This document shows, one piece after another, positions 8,309 to 17,804 of a stretch of 57,608 nt of DNA. This stretch comes from Myxococcales bacterium (GTDB lineage Bacteria; Desulfobacterota; Binatia; HRBIN30). The stretch covers positions 1-57,608 of the forward strand of contig JBBILD010000024.1 in NCBI GenBank assembly GCA_037445065.1. The letters are read 5' to 3'. Made by a program: the position numbers and the translations under genes. Positions within the stretch are counted from its first letter, which is position 1; each line of letters starts with the position of its first letter. The notes beneath the pieces are model-generated. The model saw nothing but the letters and a program-made list of their open reading frames with translations. It did no database searches and had not been told where the DNA came from.

Positions 8309-9952
8309 GTGCAGCCGTTTCCACCCTGGCACTGGGACATTCCCGAGTTTTTCAACATCGGTGAAGCGTGTACCGACGTGCACGCCAAAGGGCCGCGCGC
8401 GCAACAAGACGCGGTCATCGTGGAAGACGAGTTCGGCGGGACGAAAAAGCTCACGTTCGCTGAGCTTGCCGACCTCACCGACCGTTTTACCGAGCTTTTA
8501 CGCCAGCTCGGTGTCGAGCGCGGCGAACGGATCTTGATCCGCCTACCCAATTGCATCGAATACTCGGTGGTCTTCCTGGGGGCGCTCAAGCGAGCGGCGA
8601 TTCCGGTCCCGACCTCGATTTTGCTCACCTTCGATGAACTGGCCTACCTGGCAAAGGACTCAGGTGCGGTGGTTTGGGTGGTCGATGCCGCGAGCTGGGC
8701 CGCACTACATTCGCGCCTCGGGGAACTGCCTTCTGTGCGCCTCATCCTCGTGGTCAGTGACAGGGAGGCCAGTGTGGAGTGTTGGACGGAGGAGGGCAAG
8801 TCCGTTCTCGCGCTGTGGCCAGCGTTGCGCTCGGTTTCCGGGGTAAGAGGACCCGAGCGAACGCGCGCGGAGGACCCTGCCTACCTGGTCTACACCTCGG
8901 GGACCACAGGCTACCCCAAAGGGGTGTTGCACGCGCACCGGGTTTTGCTGGGCAAGCAACCATCCTCGGAGTACTGGTTTCACTTTTTGCCCGAGGGGGA
9001 ACGGGTGCTGCACTCGGGAAAGTACAACTGGACCTACGTCCTGGGCACCGGGCTCATGGACCCTCTGTATCGCGGCCACACCACGATCGTCTACGAAGGC
9101 AAGCCAGAGGCACATGTGTGGCCGGCGCTGATCGCCAAGCAACGGGCAACCACCTTCATTGGCGTTCCGACCCTGTACCGGCACATCCTGCAGTACACCC
9201 AGGCGAGCCGCGCCGACGTTCCAACGTTACGCCACTGCATGTCGGCTGGAGAACATCTCTCCGAAGAACTCTTGCAGCGCTGGCTCGATCGTTTCGGCCT
9301 GTACATTTACGAGGGCCTGGGGATGACCGAATGTTCCTACTACATCTGCCACACCGTATCGCGGCCGATCCGCCCTGGGTCTGCAGGTTTCATCCAGCCG
9401 GGGCACCGCGTCGCCATTTTGGATCCGACCACCTGGCGCGAGTGCGGGTGCGTGCACTCCGGGATGCTCTGCATCCACAAGAGCGATCCTGCGCTCATGC
9501 TGGGCTACTGGAACCAACCGGAGGAAACCGCGCGTTGCTTCCATGGCGAGTGGTTCCTGACAGGAGATTATGCGCGGCGCGACGCGGACGGATACATCTG
9601 GTTCCTGGGGCGCAAGGACGATTTGATCAAGAGTTTTGGTTACCGCGTTTCCCCCTTCGAGGTGGACCGGGTGCTCAAGGACCACCCGGATGTGTTGGAT
9701 GCTGCGACGACGGGTGAGGACGTGGATGCGGAAAAAAGACTCGTCGTGTCCTACGTGGTCCTCCGCCCCGACTCCCCCACCACTGCTGACGACATCCTCG
9801 CCTACGCGCGCCAGCACCTCGCCGCATACAAAGCGCCCAAAATCGTGTATGTGGTGGATGACTTACCGCGCACTCGCAACGGCAAGACTTTGCGCCGCGC
9901 CCTTCATCCCGGCCTGGCCCGGGCCCGCTCGCAACAGGGCGCGCCACGCTGA
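8309..9952 (+). CDS. AMP-forming acyl-CoA synthetase (medium-chain/aromatic type)
   Basis: YTSGTTGYPKG, EGLGMTE, TGD, GRKDD, PRTRNGK. Likely start GTG 8309; the ORF-track extension overlaps the divergent gene. Confidence 0.9.
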   Translation: MQPFPPWHWDIPEFFNIGEACTDVHAKGPRAQQDAVIVEDEFGGTKKLTFAELADLTDRFTELLRQLGVERGERILIRLPNCIEYSVVFLGALKRAAIPVPTSILLTFDELAYLAKDSGAVVWVVDAASWAALHSRLGELPSVRLILVVSDREASVECWTEEGKSVLALWPALRSVSGVRGPERTRAEDPAYLVYTSGTTGYPKGVLHAHRVLLGKQPSSEYWFHFLPEGERVLHSGKYNWTYVLGTGLMDPLYRGHTTIVYEGKPEAHVWPALIAKQRATTFIGVPTLYRHILQYTQASRADVPTLRHCMSAGEHLSEELLQRWLDRFGLYIYEGLGMTECSYYICHTVSRPIRPGSAGFIQPGHRVAILDPTTWRECGCVHSGMLCIHKSDPALMLGYWNQPEETARCFHGEWFLTGDYARRDADGYIWFLGRKDDLIKSFGYRVSPFEVDRVLKDHPDVLDAATTGEDVDAEKRLVVSYVVLRPDSPTTADDILAYARQHLAAYKAPKIVYVVDDLPRTRNGKTLRRALHPGLARARSQQGAPR

Positions 9953-10061
9953 ACTCACGTGAAACGATCGGCGCCGAGCCAAGCCGATCGAGGGCCCAGC
10001 GCGGTCTGCTCGAGGTCGCGCCGTCGTGGTGCCTGGCTCAATCAAAGACGCCGGTAGGCAG

Positions 10062-11828
10062 TCAGGCAGAAGCTGGATGGCTCACCATGCTCTGCAGGCG
10101 CTGGATGAGTCGCTCGTTCTCTTCCCACAATTCGCGCGGCAGCCGATCTCCAAACTGGCGTAGAAACTCCGCCTGCGCACCCGCGTTTTCGAGCCATCCT
10201 AAGCGATCCACAGCGAGCAGTTTCCGCAGCGTGTCGCGGCTCACATTGGTCCCTTCCAAATCAATGTCTCGCGGGCGAGGAAGCAGCCCGATGGGGCTTT
10301 CTTCCGCCTCCACCTCCCCGTGCACGCGGCGAATGATCCACTGCAGCACCCGCAAGTTTTCGCCGAATCCGGGCCACATGAAGTTGCCGTGTTCATCGCG
10401 GCGGAACCAATTGACGCGGAAAATCCGCGGGACTTTGGAGAGACGCTGCTCCAAGGAGAGCCAGTGCGCAAAGTAATCCCCCATGTGGTACCCGCAGAAG
10501 GGCAGCATGGCCATCGGGTCGCGCCGCACCACACCGACCGCACCGGTTGCGGCGGCGGTCGTTTCTGAGGACAGCACCGCACCCAAGAACACCCCGTGCT
10601 TCCAATCGAACGATTCGAACACGAGCGGCACCAAGCTCGCCCGGCGGCCGCCGAACAAAATGGCAGAAATCGGTACCCCGTCCGGATCTTCCCAGTGAGG
10701 GGACATCGAAGGGCACTGGCGAGCCGGGGCGGTAAAGCGCGAGTTCGGGTGGGCAGCTTTCGTCTCGCTCTGCGGAGTCCATGGCCGGCCTTGCCAATCC
10801 AGGCACTCCGCGGGGACGTCCTCCAACCCTTCCCAGTACGGGGTGCCATCCGGGCGCAAGGCCACGTTCGTGTAAATGGTGTTGCGCTGGATGGTCTTCG
10901 TGACCGTGGGATTGGTCTTCCAGTTGGTCCCAGGAGCAACCCCGAAGAAGCCCGCCTCCGGATTGATGGCGCGGAGCTGCTTGGTGGTGTCAATGTGCAT
11001 CCAGGCAATATCCTCTCCTACGGTCCACACCCGATACCCTTTAAAGTGCTGGGGTGGCACCAACATGGCCAGGTTGGTTTTCCCACAGGCACTGGGGAAG
11101 GCACCCGAGAGATACGTGATGCGCCCATTGGGCTCTTCGACGCCGACGATCAGCATGTGTTCCGCCAGCCAACCCTCGAAGCGGGCCATGTAGCTTGCGA
11201 TCCGCAAAGCAAAGCATTTCTTCCCCAGCAAAGCGTTGCCACCGTAGCCGGAGCCAATGGACCAGATGTCTCGTTCCTCCGGGAAGTGAAGGATGAATCG
11301 GCGCTCCGGGCTCAGGTCTCCGAGCGAATGTTGTCCTTTGACGAAATCCTCGGACGAACCTAATCGCTCGAGAGCAATCCGACCCATTCGCGTCATGATC
11401 CGCATACTGACCGCCACGTAGGGGCTATCGGTCACCTCGACCCCCACGCGCGCGTAAGGGGATGAAGGAGGCCCCATCAGGTACGGCAGCACGTACATCG
11501 TGCGGTTGCGCATCGCGCCCCGGAACAAAGCCCCGACACGTTTCTTCGCCTCGCGCGGATCCATCCAGTTGTTGTTGGGTCCAGCGTCCTCCTTGTTACG
11601 AGTGCAGACAAAGGTGAGGTGTTCGGTGCGAGCCACATCGTTGGGATGGCTGCGGTGCAGGTAGCAACCAGGGTAGAGCTGCTGGTTCAGCTCGATGAGG
11701 GTACCGTCGTCCAGCATTTCTCGGATGAGCTTTTCGTACTCGTCATCCGAGCCATCGCACCAGACGATGCGTTTCGGCTGGGTAGTGGCAGCGACTTGCT
11801 CCACCCATTGTTCCACCGGCTTTGGCAT
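10062..11828 (-). CDS. pckG: Phosphoenolpyruvate carboxykinase (GTP)
   Basis: SGYGGNALLGKKCFALRIAS, AFPSACGKTNLAM, HPNSRF, DPMAMLPFCGY, VNWFR; SD-like GGAGGGA before ATG 11828. Confidence 0.97.
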   Translation of the reverse strand: MPKPVEQWVEQVAATTQPKRIVWCDGSDDEYEKLIREMLDDGTLIELNQQLYPGCYLHRSHPNDVARTEHLTFVCTRNKEDAGPNNNWMDPREAKKRVGALFRGAMRNRTMYVLPYLMGPPSSPYARVGVEVTDSPYVAVSMRIMTRMGRIALERLGSSEDFVKGQHSLGDLSPERRFILHFPEERDIWSIGSGYGGNALLGKKCFALRIASYMARFEGWLAEHMLIVGVEEPNGRITYLSGAFPSACGKTNLAMLVPPQHFKGYRVWTVGEDIAWMHIDTTKQLRAINPEAGFFGVAPGTNWKTNPTVTKTIQRNTIYTNVALRPDGTPYWEGLEDVPAECLDWQGRPWTPQSETKAAHPNSRFTAPARQCPSMSPHWEDPDGVPISAILFGGRRASLVPLVFESFDWKHGVFLGAVLSSETTAAATGAVGVVRRDPMAMLPFCGYHMGDYFAHWLSLEQRLSKVPRIFRVNWFRRDEHGNFMWPGFGENLRVLQWIIRRVHGEVEAEESPIGLLPRPRDIDLEGTNVSRDTLRKLLAVDRLGWLENAGAQAEFLRQFGDRLPRELWEENERLIQRLQSMVSHPASA

Positions 11829-11878
11829 AAACCATCCCTCCCTTGTTCGAGACTGCCGACTCGCGTTCCTCCAGTGGT

Positions 11879-12733
11879 TCACCCTTGTCCTTCTCGGCAG
11901 TGGTTTCTGAGGATTCCGATCCCTTCGATTTCGGACTCGATCGTATCTCCCGGCTGCAAATACCGACGCGGCTTGCGGGTAGACCCGACCCCTGCCGGAG
12001 TTCCCGTAAAGATCAAATCCCCGGGTTCCAGAGTACAGCGGCGCGAGAGAAAAGCGATCAGGCTTGGCACGGAAAAAATCATTTCGCTCGTGCGGCTGTT
12101 CTGCATCCGTTCGCCGTTTACGCGGCAACTGAGGGCAAGATCATCAGGGTTTGAAAAGGCCGATACGGGAACCACTGCCGGGCCGATGGGGCCAAAGGTA
12201 TCGTAGGACTTTCCCATCGAAAACTGGGGCGGATTGCCCGCGAACTGGGCTTTACGATCGGAAATGTCTTGCCCGACGCAAAAGCCCGCCACGAACTCGT
12301 AGGCCTCCGACTCCGAAATGGCCCGCCCGCGCTTACCGATGACCACTACCAGTTCGACTTCCCAGTCCACATAGGTCGAAGACAGTTCCACATCCGCGCG
12401 CGGCCCCACCAAACAGTTCGGGAACTTCGTGAAGACCAGCGGCTGGTCCGGGATCGGCAACCCGGCTTCTTCGGCGTGGGAGCGGTAGTTTAAGCCGATG
12501 CCAAAGACTTTAGACGGCCGCGGCACAGGCGGACCGAGTTCTTCTTCCACCACGGGGCCTTCTACGGCAGCGGGCTGCAGAGTTCTGGCCCACTCGCAAA
12601 ACTCTCGCCAGCGGGTCAGTACGGCCATCGGATCCGCACCAAAGCGGCCGCCCGAGCCATGTTCGACGTCGACAAAGCCGTCGGCAAGCCACACACAGGC
12701 ACGGCCCTGGCGATTGATCAAGCGTACCGTCAT
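11879..12733 (-). CDS. Fumarylacetoacetate hydrolase family protein
   Basis: [52 protein letters not shown]. Confidence 0.93.
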   Translation of the reverse strand: MTVRLINRQGRACVWLADGFVDVEHGSGGRFGADPMAVLTRWREFCEWARTLQPAAVEGPVVEEELGPPVPRPSKVFGIGLNYRSHAEEAGLPIPDQPLVFTKFPNCLVGPRADVELSSTYVDWEVELVVVIGKRGRAISESEAYEFVAGFCVGQDISDRKAQFAGNPPQFSMGKSYDTFGPIGPAVVPVSAFSNPDDLALSCRVNGERMQNSRTSEMIFSVPSLIAFLSRRCTLEPGDLIFTGTPAGVGSTRKPRRYLQPGDTIESEIEGIGILRNHCREGQG

Positions 12734-13803
12734 GCGGCTTCTAGCTCCTCAGCGGAGAAACCATACAAACGAGCGAGTTCCGGGTCCTTCCTCGCCAGCA
12801 TCTTGGCCAGCGTCACCATGACCCGGCACTGTTTCCAAGTGGCATCGTCTTGCATTTTCCCGTCAATCATCTGTACCCCGCGACCGTCGGGCATGGCTGC
12901 CATGACCTTGCGGGCAAACGCCACTTCTTCGGCGGGTGGGCTGAAGACCTTTTTGGCAATCGCAATCTGGCTTGGATGCAAGGACCAAGCTCCGACGCAT
13001 CCCAGCAGAAACGCGGCGCGAAATTGGTCCTCGCAGCCCAGTGGATCCGAGATATCACCAAAAGGCCCGTAAAACGGCAGGCATCCAGTGGCTGCGCAAG
13101 CATCCACCATGCGGGCGATGGAATAGTGCCAGGGGTCCTGCTGCGCCACTGGGCGGGGGGCCTGAGGGTTCTTCGGATCAGGGTCGGAGCGCACCAAGTA
13201 GGCGGGGTGGCCGCCACCCACTCGGGTCGTTTTCATGCGGCGCGAGGCAGCAAGGTCGGCAGGGCCAAAACTGATACCCTGCATGCGCGGGCTGGCAGCA
13301 CAGATTTCTTCCACGTTGGTCATGCCCAGGGCCGTCTCCAAGATGGCGTGGATCAGAATCGGCCGTTTGAGCCCAAAGCGAGCTTCGAGTTGGGCGAACA
13401 AACGATCTACGTAATGGATGTCCCAAGGGCCTTCGACTTTTGGCACCATGACGACCTCGATGCGGTCACCGGCTTCGCCGAGAACCTCCATCACGTCATC
13501 GAGAAACCACGGGCTATCCAAGCTGTTCACCCGCGTCCAGAGGGGCGTGTCGCCCAGGTCAGCCTCGCGTGCAACGCGGATCAAACCACGTCGGGCTTCT
13601 TCCTTCTTGTCAATGGGGATCGCGTCTTCGAGGTTGCCCAGCAAAATATCCGCTTGGCGGGCCAACTCTGGAACCTTGCTCGCCATCTTCGGATTGCTCG
13701 GATCGAAGAAGTGAATGACGCGCGACGGTTTGACCGGTACTTCCTTGATCGGCTCGGGAGCACCGATCGCAAGCGGCTTGAAAAACTCTCGTGGATTGCG
13801 CAT
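12730..13803 (-). CDS. mcl: Malyl-CoA/beta-methylmalyl-CoA/citramalyl-CoA lyase (CitE family, Chloroflexus-type)
   Basis: [59 protein letters not shown], recognised as closely matching the Chloroflexus aurantiacus MMC lyase. Confidence 0.82.
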   Translation of the reverse strand: MRNPREFFKPLAIGAPEPIKEVPVKPSRVIHFFDPSNPKMASKVPELARQADILLGNLEDAIPIDKKEEARRGLIRVAREADLGDTPLWTRVNSLDSPWFLDDVMEVLGEAGDRIEVVMVPKVEGPWDIHYVDRLFAQLEARFGLKRPILIHAILETALGMTNVEEICAASPRMQGISFGPADLAASRRMKTTRVGGGHPAYLVRSDPDPKNPQAPRPVAQQDPWHYSIARMVDACAATGCLPFYGPFGDISDPLGCEDQFRAAFLLGCVGAWSLHPSQIAIAKKVFSPPAEEVAFARKVMAAMPDGRGVQMIDGKMQDDATWKQCRVMVTLAKMLARKDPELARLYGFSAEELEAA

Positions 13804-13995
13804 CGCCCCTCCTGGGTTTCGGAGTGAGCCCGAAGCCTACTTTTCCACAGCTTTTGGGGCAACCCACAAACGTTGAGGATTTTTGCCAGCTACCATTAGG
13901 TACCCATTACGCGGGCGTGTACCTGCGGCGTCGGGACCGCCAATGCGCGATCCCTCGCTTGTCTCGGAACCGCACGCACTGTAGGAGCCAGCCGC

Positions 13996-14988
13996 ATGAA
14001 CCTCGGAAAACTCGCCATTAGTTTGCCCGTGCCCCCGGACGTAAATGCCTGTATCGAGTGGGCCAAGCGGGCGGAAGACCTCGGCTACGAAAGCGTTTGG
14101 ATCGCGGATACGAACGGGCCGGATCCCTTCGTCCTTGCTGCGGCCGTCTTGCGGGCCACTGAGCGGGTTCGCGCAGGGATTGCTGTCTCGCCGGTATACA
14201 CGCGAACTCCGGGAGTGTTGGCTGCAGCCGCAGCAACGCTGGGACAATTGGCACCCGGACGATTCATCCTGGGACTTGGCTCGTCCAGCCACGCAATCGT
14301 CGAGCAATGGCACGGACTGAAGTTTCACCGCCCATTGACCCGCGTGCGCGAGACGGTGGCGCTAGTGCGGGCGTTACTGGCCGGGGAAAAATCCCGCTTT
14401 GATGGGCAGACAGTCCGCAGTCATGGACTCAAGCTCTTCGTGCAACCCCCGTCGCCGGTACCGATTTACATCGGCGCCTTGCGTCCACCGATGTTAGAAC
14501 TGGCCGGTGAAATCGCGGACGGCGTTGCGGTAAACCTGTTTCCGGTCGAGGCGCTGCCCCGGATGCTGTCCCACGTTGCGGCCGGCGCGCAGAAAGCAGG
14601 CAAGGATGCCTCGCAACTTGAGGTTGTCTGCCGCCACCAAGTGCTGGTCACGAACGATCGCGCCGCCGCGCGGGAACTGTTTCGAGCAGCGCTCACCGGC
14701 TACTTCGCGACCCCGGTCTACAACCGGTTCGCTGCCTGGTACGGCTTCGAGGAAGAGGCGCGGCTCGTTGCCGAGGGTTTCCGTACGGGCGACCGGGCAC
14801 GGACGCGGCAGGGAATGACCGATCGTTTCGTGGACGCGCTCGCCATCTTCGGTACGGTGGAGGAATGCCGCGAGCGAATCGCGGCATATGTGGCAGCGGG
14901 AGTCACGACGACGGCCATCAGCGTGCTGAGCTTCGATCCAGACGCGATTCGTCTCACCCTAGAGGGTCTCGCCCCGGCGAAGGCCTAG
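13996..14988 (+). CDS. LLM-class (luciferase-like) flavin/F420-dependent oxidoreductase
   Basis: AEDLGYESVW, GRFILGLG, PIYIGALRPPMLELAGEIADG; SD AGGAG. Confidence 0.9.
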   Translation: MNLGKLAISLPVPPDVNACIEWAKRAEDLGYESVWIADTNGPDPFVLAAAVLRATERVRAGIAVSPVYTRTPGVLAAAAATLGQLAPGRFILGLGSSSHAIVEQWHGLKFHRPLTRVRETVALVRALLAGEKSRFDGQTVRSHGLKLFVQPPSPVPIYIGALRPPMLELAGEIADGVAVNLFPVEALPRMLSHVAAGAQKAGKDASQLEVVCRHQVLVTNDRAAARELFRAALTGYFATPVYNRFAAWYGFEEEARLVAEGFRTGDRARTRQGMTDRFVDALAIFGTVEECRERIAAYVAAGVTTTAISVLSFDPDAIRLTLEGLAPAKA

Positions 14989-15226
14989 CCGGCAGCGCTC
15001 GGTTTCGAGGTCCAGCCGTCGCCGTTGGCAGGTGCGCTGCGCGGTGGCACTGACCTTCGCCCGCCCGCTTCCCTGCCCGGAGCCAAGCAACCAATGGCGG
15101 CACTCGAAGCCAGGCCCGCGTAAGTCCCTCGGTTCCGAAGGCACGCCCAGACTCGCTAGACGCAGCGAGGCAGAGCCCCGTCTCCGGCCCTCGCAAAACT
15201 CCCACGCTTCCACGGAGAGCGCGCGG

Positions 15227-16321
15227 TCACTGGTACGTGATCACGCTGCGTGCCACCTCGCCCTTCTCGATGAGTTCCATCGCGGTGTTGATCTCTTCGA
15301 GGCGCAGGCGCTTGCTGACCAGTTCGTCGAGTTTGATGCGCTTTGCCATGTACAGATCGAGGATCCGAGGCATGTCGTATCGGAAGCGAGGGGAGCCATA
15401 ATAGGAACCGATCACCCCTTTTTCCTCCAGGGGGAAATTCAACGCTGGGAAGGTCACCTGCTGACCAATGGGCGGTACGCCCACCAGGACGAGTTTGCCT
15501 CCACGGCGCACAGCGGCAAATGCCTCCTGGGCGAGTTCGGCGCGTCCCACGACTTCAAAGACGAAGTCGGCGCCCTTGCCACCAGTAAGGCTGCGCACCT
15601 GATCGGTCCAGCTCCCAGCGGATGGATTCACGACGTCGGTGGCGCCGAACTGGCGGGCCAGTTCGAGTTTGCGATCGAGCAAATCCACCGCGATGATCCG
15701 CTCCGCCCCGCACACTGCCGCGCCTTGGATCACGTTCAGTCCCACACCGCCGCATCCCACCACGGCAACCGTATCTCCCGGCTCCACCTTGGCGGTGTTC
15801 ATGGCTGCGCCAATCCCAGTCATCACCCCGCAGCCCACCAGACACGCACTTGTGAGGGGTACGTCTTTGCGAATGGGGATGACCGCTTGTTCTGGCACCA
15901 CCGTGTACTCCGCGAACGTTCCGCACCAATGCCGCAGCCCTTGCCCTTGCCATTGGAAACGGGTGGTTCCGTCGTACATGGCGCCAGACATGGTTGCCAT
16001 CGCTGCTTTTTCGCAAAGGTGGGGCCGCCCACGCCCGCAGTCGCGGCAGTAGCCACAGGAATAGAGCCAGGTCAAAATAACGTGGTCTCCCTTTTGAACG
16101 GAACTCACACCCGGCCCCACCTCCTCGATGATTCCTGCTCCTTCGTGCCCTATGATGATCGGCGGCATCATCGGCAACAGTCCGCGCTGGATGCTCAGGT
16201 CACTGTGGCAGACACCACTGGCTACGAGTCGGACCAAGACTTCGCCCTGATGGGGTCGCTCCAATTCCACGGTTTCGACGGAAAACGGTTCGTTCCAAGC
16301 TTTCAACACTGCTGCGCGCAT
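15227..16321 (-). CDS. Zn-dependent alcohol dehydrogenase (class III-like MDR)
   Basis: GVCHSD, GHEGAG, CGYCRDC...C structural Zn site, GCGVMTG, GCGGVG. Confidence 0.93.
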   Translation of the reverse strand: MRAAVLKAWNEPFSVETVELERPHQGEVLVRLVASGVCHSDLSIQRGLLPMMPPIIIGHEGAGIIEEVGPGVSSVQKGDHVILTWLYSCGYCRDCGRGRPHLCEKAAMATMSGAMYDGTTRFQWQGQGLRHWCGTFAEYTVVPEQAVIPIRKDVPLTSACLVGCGVMTGIGAAMNTAKVEPGDTVAVVGCGGVGLNVIQGAAVCGAERIIAVDLLDRKLELARQFGATDVVNPSAGSWTDQVRSLTGGKGADFVFEVVGRAELAQEAFAAVRRGGKLVLVGVPPIGQQVTFPALNFPLEEKGVIGSYYGSPRFRYDMPRILDLYMAKRIKLDELVSKRLRLEEINTAMELIEKGEVARSVITYQ

Positions 16322-16396
16322 TGCTTCCTCAGTTCCTCCTTGGCGAATCTCATTGCAGTTGCCTAGCTACCGCGGCTACACGCACAACGCAACGCG

Positions 16397-17137
16397 ATGG
16401 AAGAGCAAAGCGCACGTCCGGTAGCCGCGATCACTGGCGGAGCGCGCCGCTTGGGCGGGACGATTAGCCGTGCCCTGGCAAGAGCTGGGTATGACGTGGC
16501 AATCAACTACTTCGAAAGCGCTGCACTGGCCGAGCAACTCCGCCGGGAGCTGCAAGCGCTGGGGGTACGGGTGTTGTGCGAGCAAGGCGACATGTCGCGG
16601 CGCGCGGACGTGGAGCGGTTCTTCCACCGCACCGTTACCGAGTTCGGACGGGTAGATCTACTGGTTACGAATGCCGGCTGGTTCGAGCGCACTCCGCTCG
16701 AGCATCTTACCGACGAGCAATGGGAGCGCATCCAGCAGCGAAACCTCGCCACCACTTGGCTTCCGGTGCAGCAGTTCGGCTTGCGCATGCGCGCACAAGG
16801 GTACGGGTGTATCGTGGCGATCGCAGACGTGGCGGCGCTGCGGCCGTGGCGAGGCTACCTTGCCTATAACGTCGCCAAGGCCGGAGTGGTGGCGCTTGTC
16901 CAAACGCTCGCCAAAGAACTGGCCCCGGCGGTGCGCGTCAATGCTGTGGCGCCCGGGCCCGTTTGGTTTCCCGAAGACTTTGCTGCCGAGCAGCGCCAGC
17001 GGGAGATCGAGCGCACGTTGCTTCGCCGAGAGGGGCGGCCTGAGAATGTCGCAGACGCGGTGCTGTTTCTTGCTCGCAACGACTACGTCACCGGCGTGAT
17101 CTTGCCTGTGGACGGAGGTCGTTTGCATGGAGGCTGA
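16397..17137 (+). CDS. SDR oxidoreductase, pteridine reductase-like
   Basis: TGGARRLG, YNVAK, ELAPAVRVNAVAPG, VDGGR. Confidence 0.85.
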   Translation: MEEQSARPVAAITGGARRLGGTISRALARAGYDVAINYFESAALAEQLRRELQALGVRVLCEQGDMSRRADVERFFHRTVTEFGRVDLLVTNAGWFERTPLEHLTDEQWERIQQRNLATTWLPVQQFGLRMRAQGYGCIVAIADVAALRPWRGYLAYNVAKAGVVALVQTLAKELAPAVRVNAVAPGPVWFPEDFAAEQRQREIERTLLRREGRPENVADAVLFLARNDYVTGVILPVDGGRLHGG

Positions 17138-17804
17138 GCGGGGGCGTGAATTCTGGCGACAAGTGTTCGGTCGCGAGGGACACGTGGAGGTGGAAATCGG
17201 GCCAGGCACGGGCTCCTTTTTGCTCTCCGTGGCGCAAGCCCACCCGGAGGTCAACTTTCTCGGGATCGAGGCGTCGCGGCGGCGCGCTACGAGGCTCGAG
17301 CAGCAGGTGGTGTCGCGTGGTTTGGGCAATGTGGTCGTCTTGTACGCGCCGGCGCAATGCGTCCTTGCCCAACTGATCCCGGCATTGAGTGTCGCTGCCT
17401 TCCATATCTACTTTCCGGACCCTTGGTGGAAGCGGCGTCACCAACGGCGCCGGCTACTCACCCCGGAACTGGTCGCCAGTGTCGAACGGGTTCTGGTGCC
17501 CGAGGGCAAGGTGTTTTTTGCTACCGATGTCGACCTGGTCTGGCAGCTCGCACTGTCCGTGTTTGCAACCTGCGCTTCCCTGCGCCCCGACCCTTCCTTA
17601 CAACCGGTCCGACCCGTGCCGACTCATTTCGAAACCAAAGCAATGCGCCGCGGTGCGATGGTGCGCGATCTGGTGTTGGTGAAGCGACCCGGGGCGCTGC
17701 TCCTGCCTGGCCCGCCTAGCCACCCGACTTCCGTGGATTCGGGAACCACGGCGGACGTACTCCCTTCAGGGCTGCCATCCACCGCTTCCCATCCTCGGCC
17801 GTAA
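17127..17804 (+). CDS. trmB: tRNA (guanine-N7)-methyltransferase
   Basis: VEIGPGTG, NFLGIE, YFPDPWWKRRHQRRRL, ATD, THFETK. Confidence 0.9.
   Translation: MEAERGREFWRQVFGREGHVEVEIGPGTGSFLLSVAQAHPEVNFLGIEASRRRATRLEQQVVSRGLGNVVVLYAPAQCVLAQLIPALSVAAFHIYFPDPWWKRRHQRRRLLTPELVASVERVLVPEGKVFFATDVDLVWQLALSVFATCASLRPDPSLQPVRPVPTHFETKAMRRGAMVRDLVLVKRPGALLLPGPPSHPTSVDSGTTADVLPSGLPSTASHPRP

Noticed and set aside
14989..15226. 238-bp gap between convergent LLM and ADH genes
   Set aside because: No convincing ORF, terminator or RNA motif recognised.
15032..16366. 444-aa plus-strand ORF
   Set aside because: Antisense shadow of the alcohol dehydrogenase, typical of GC-rich DNA.
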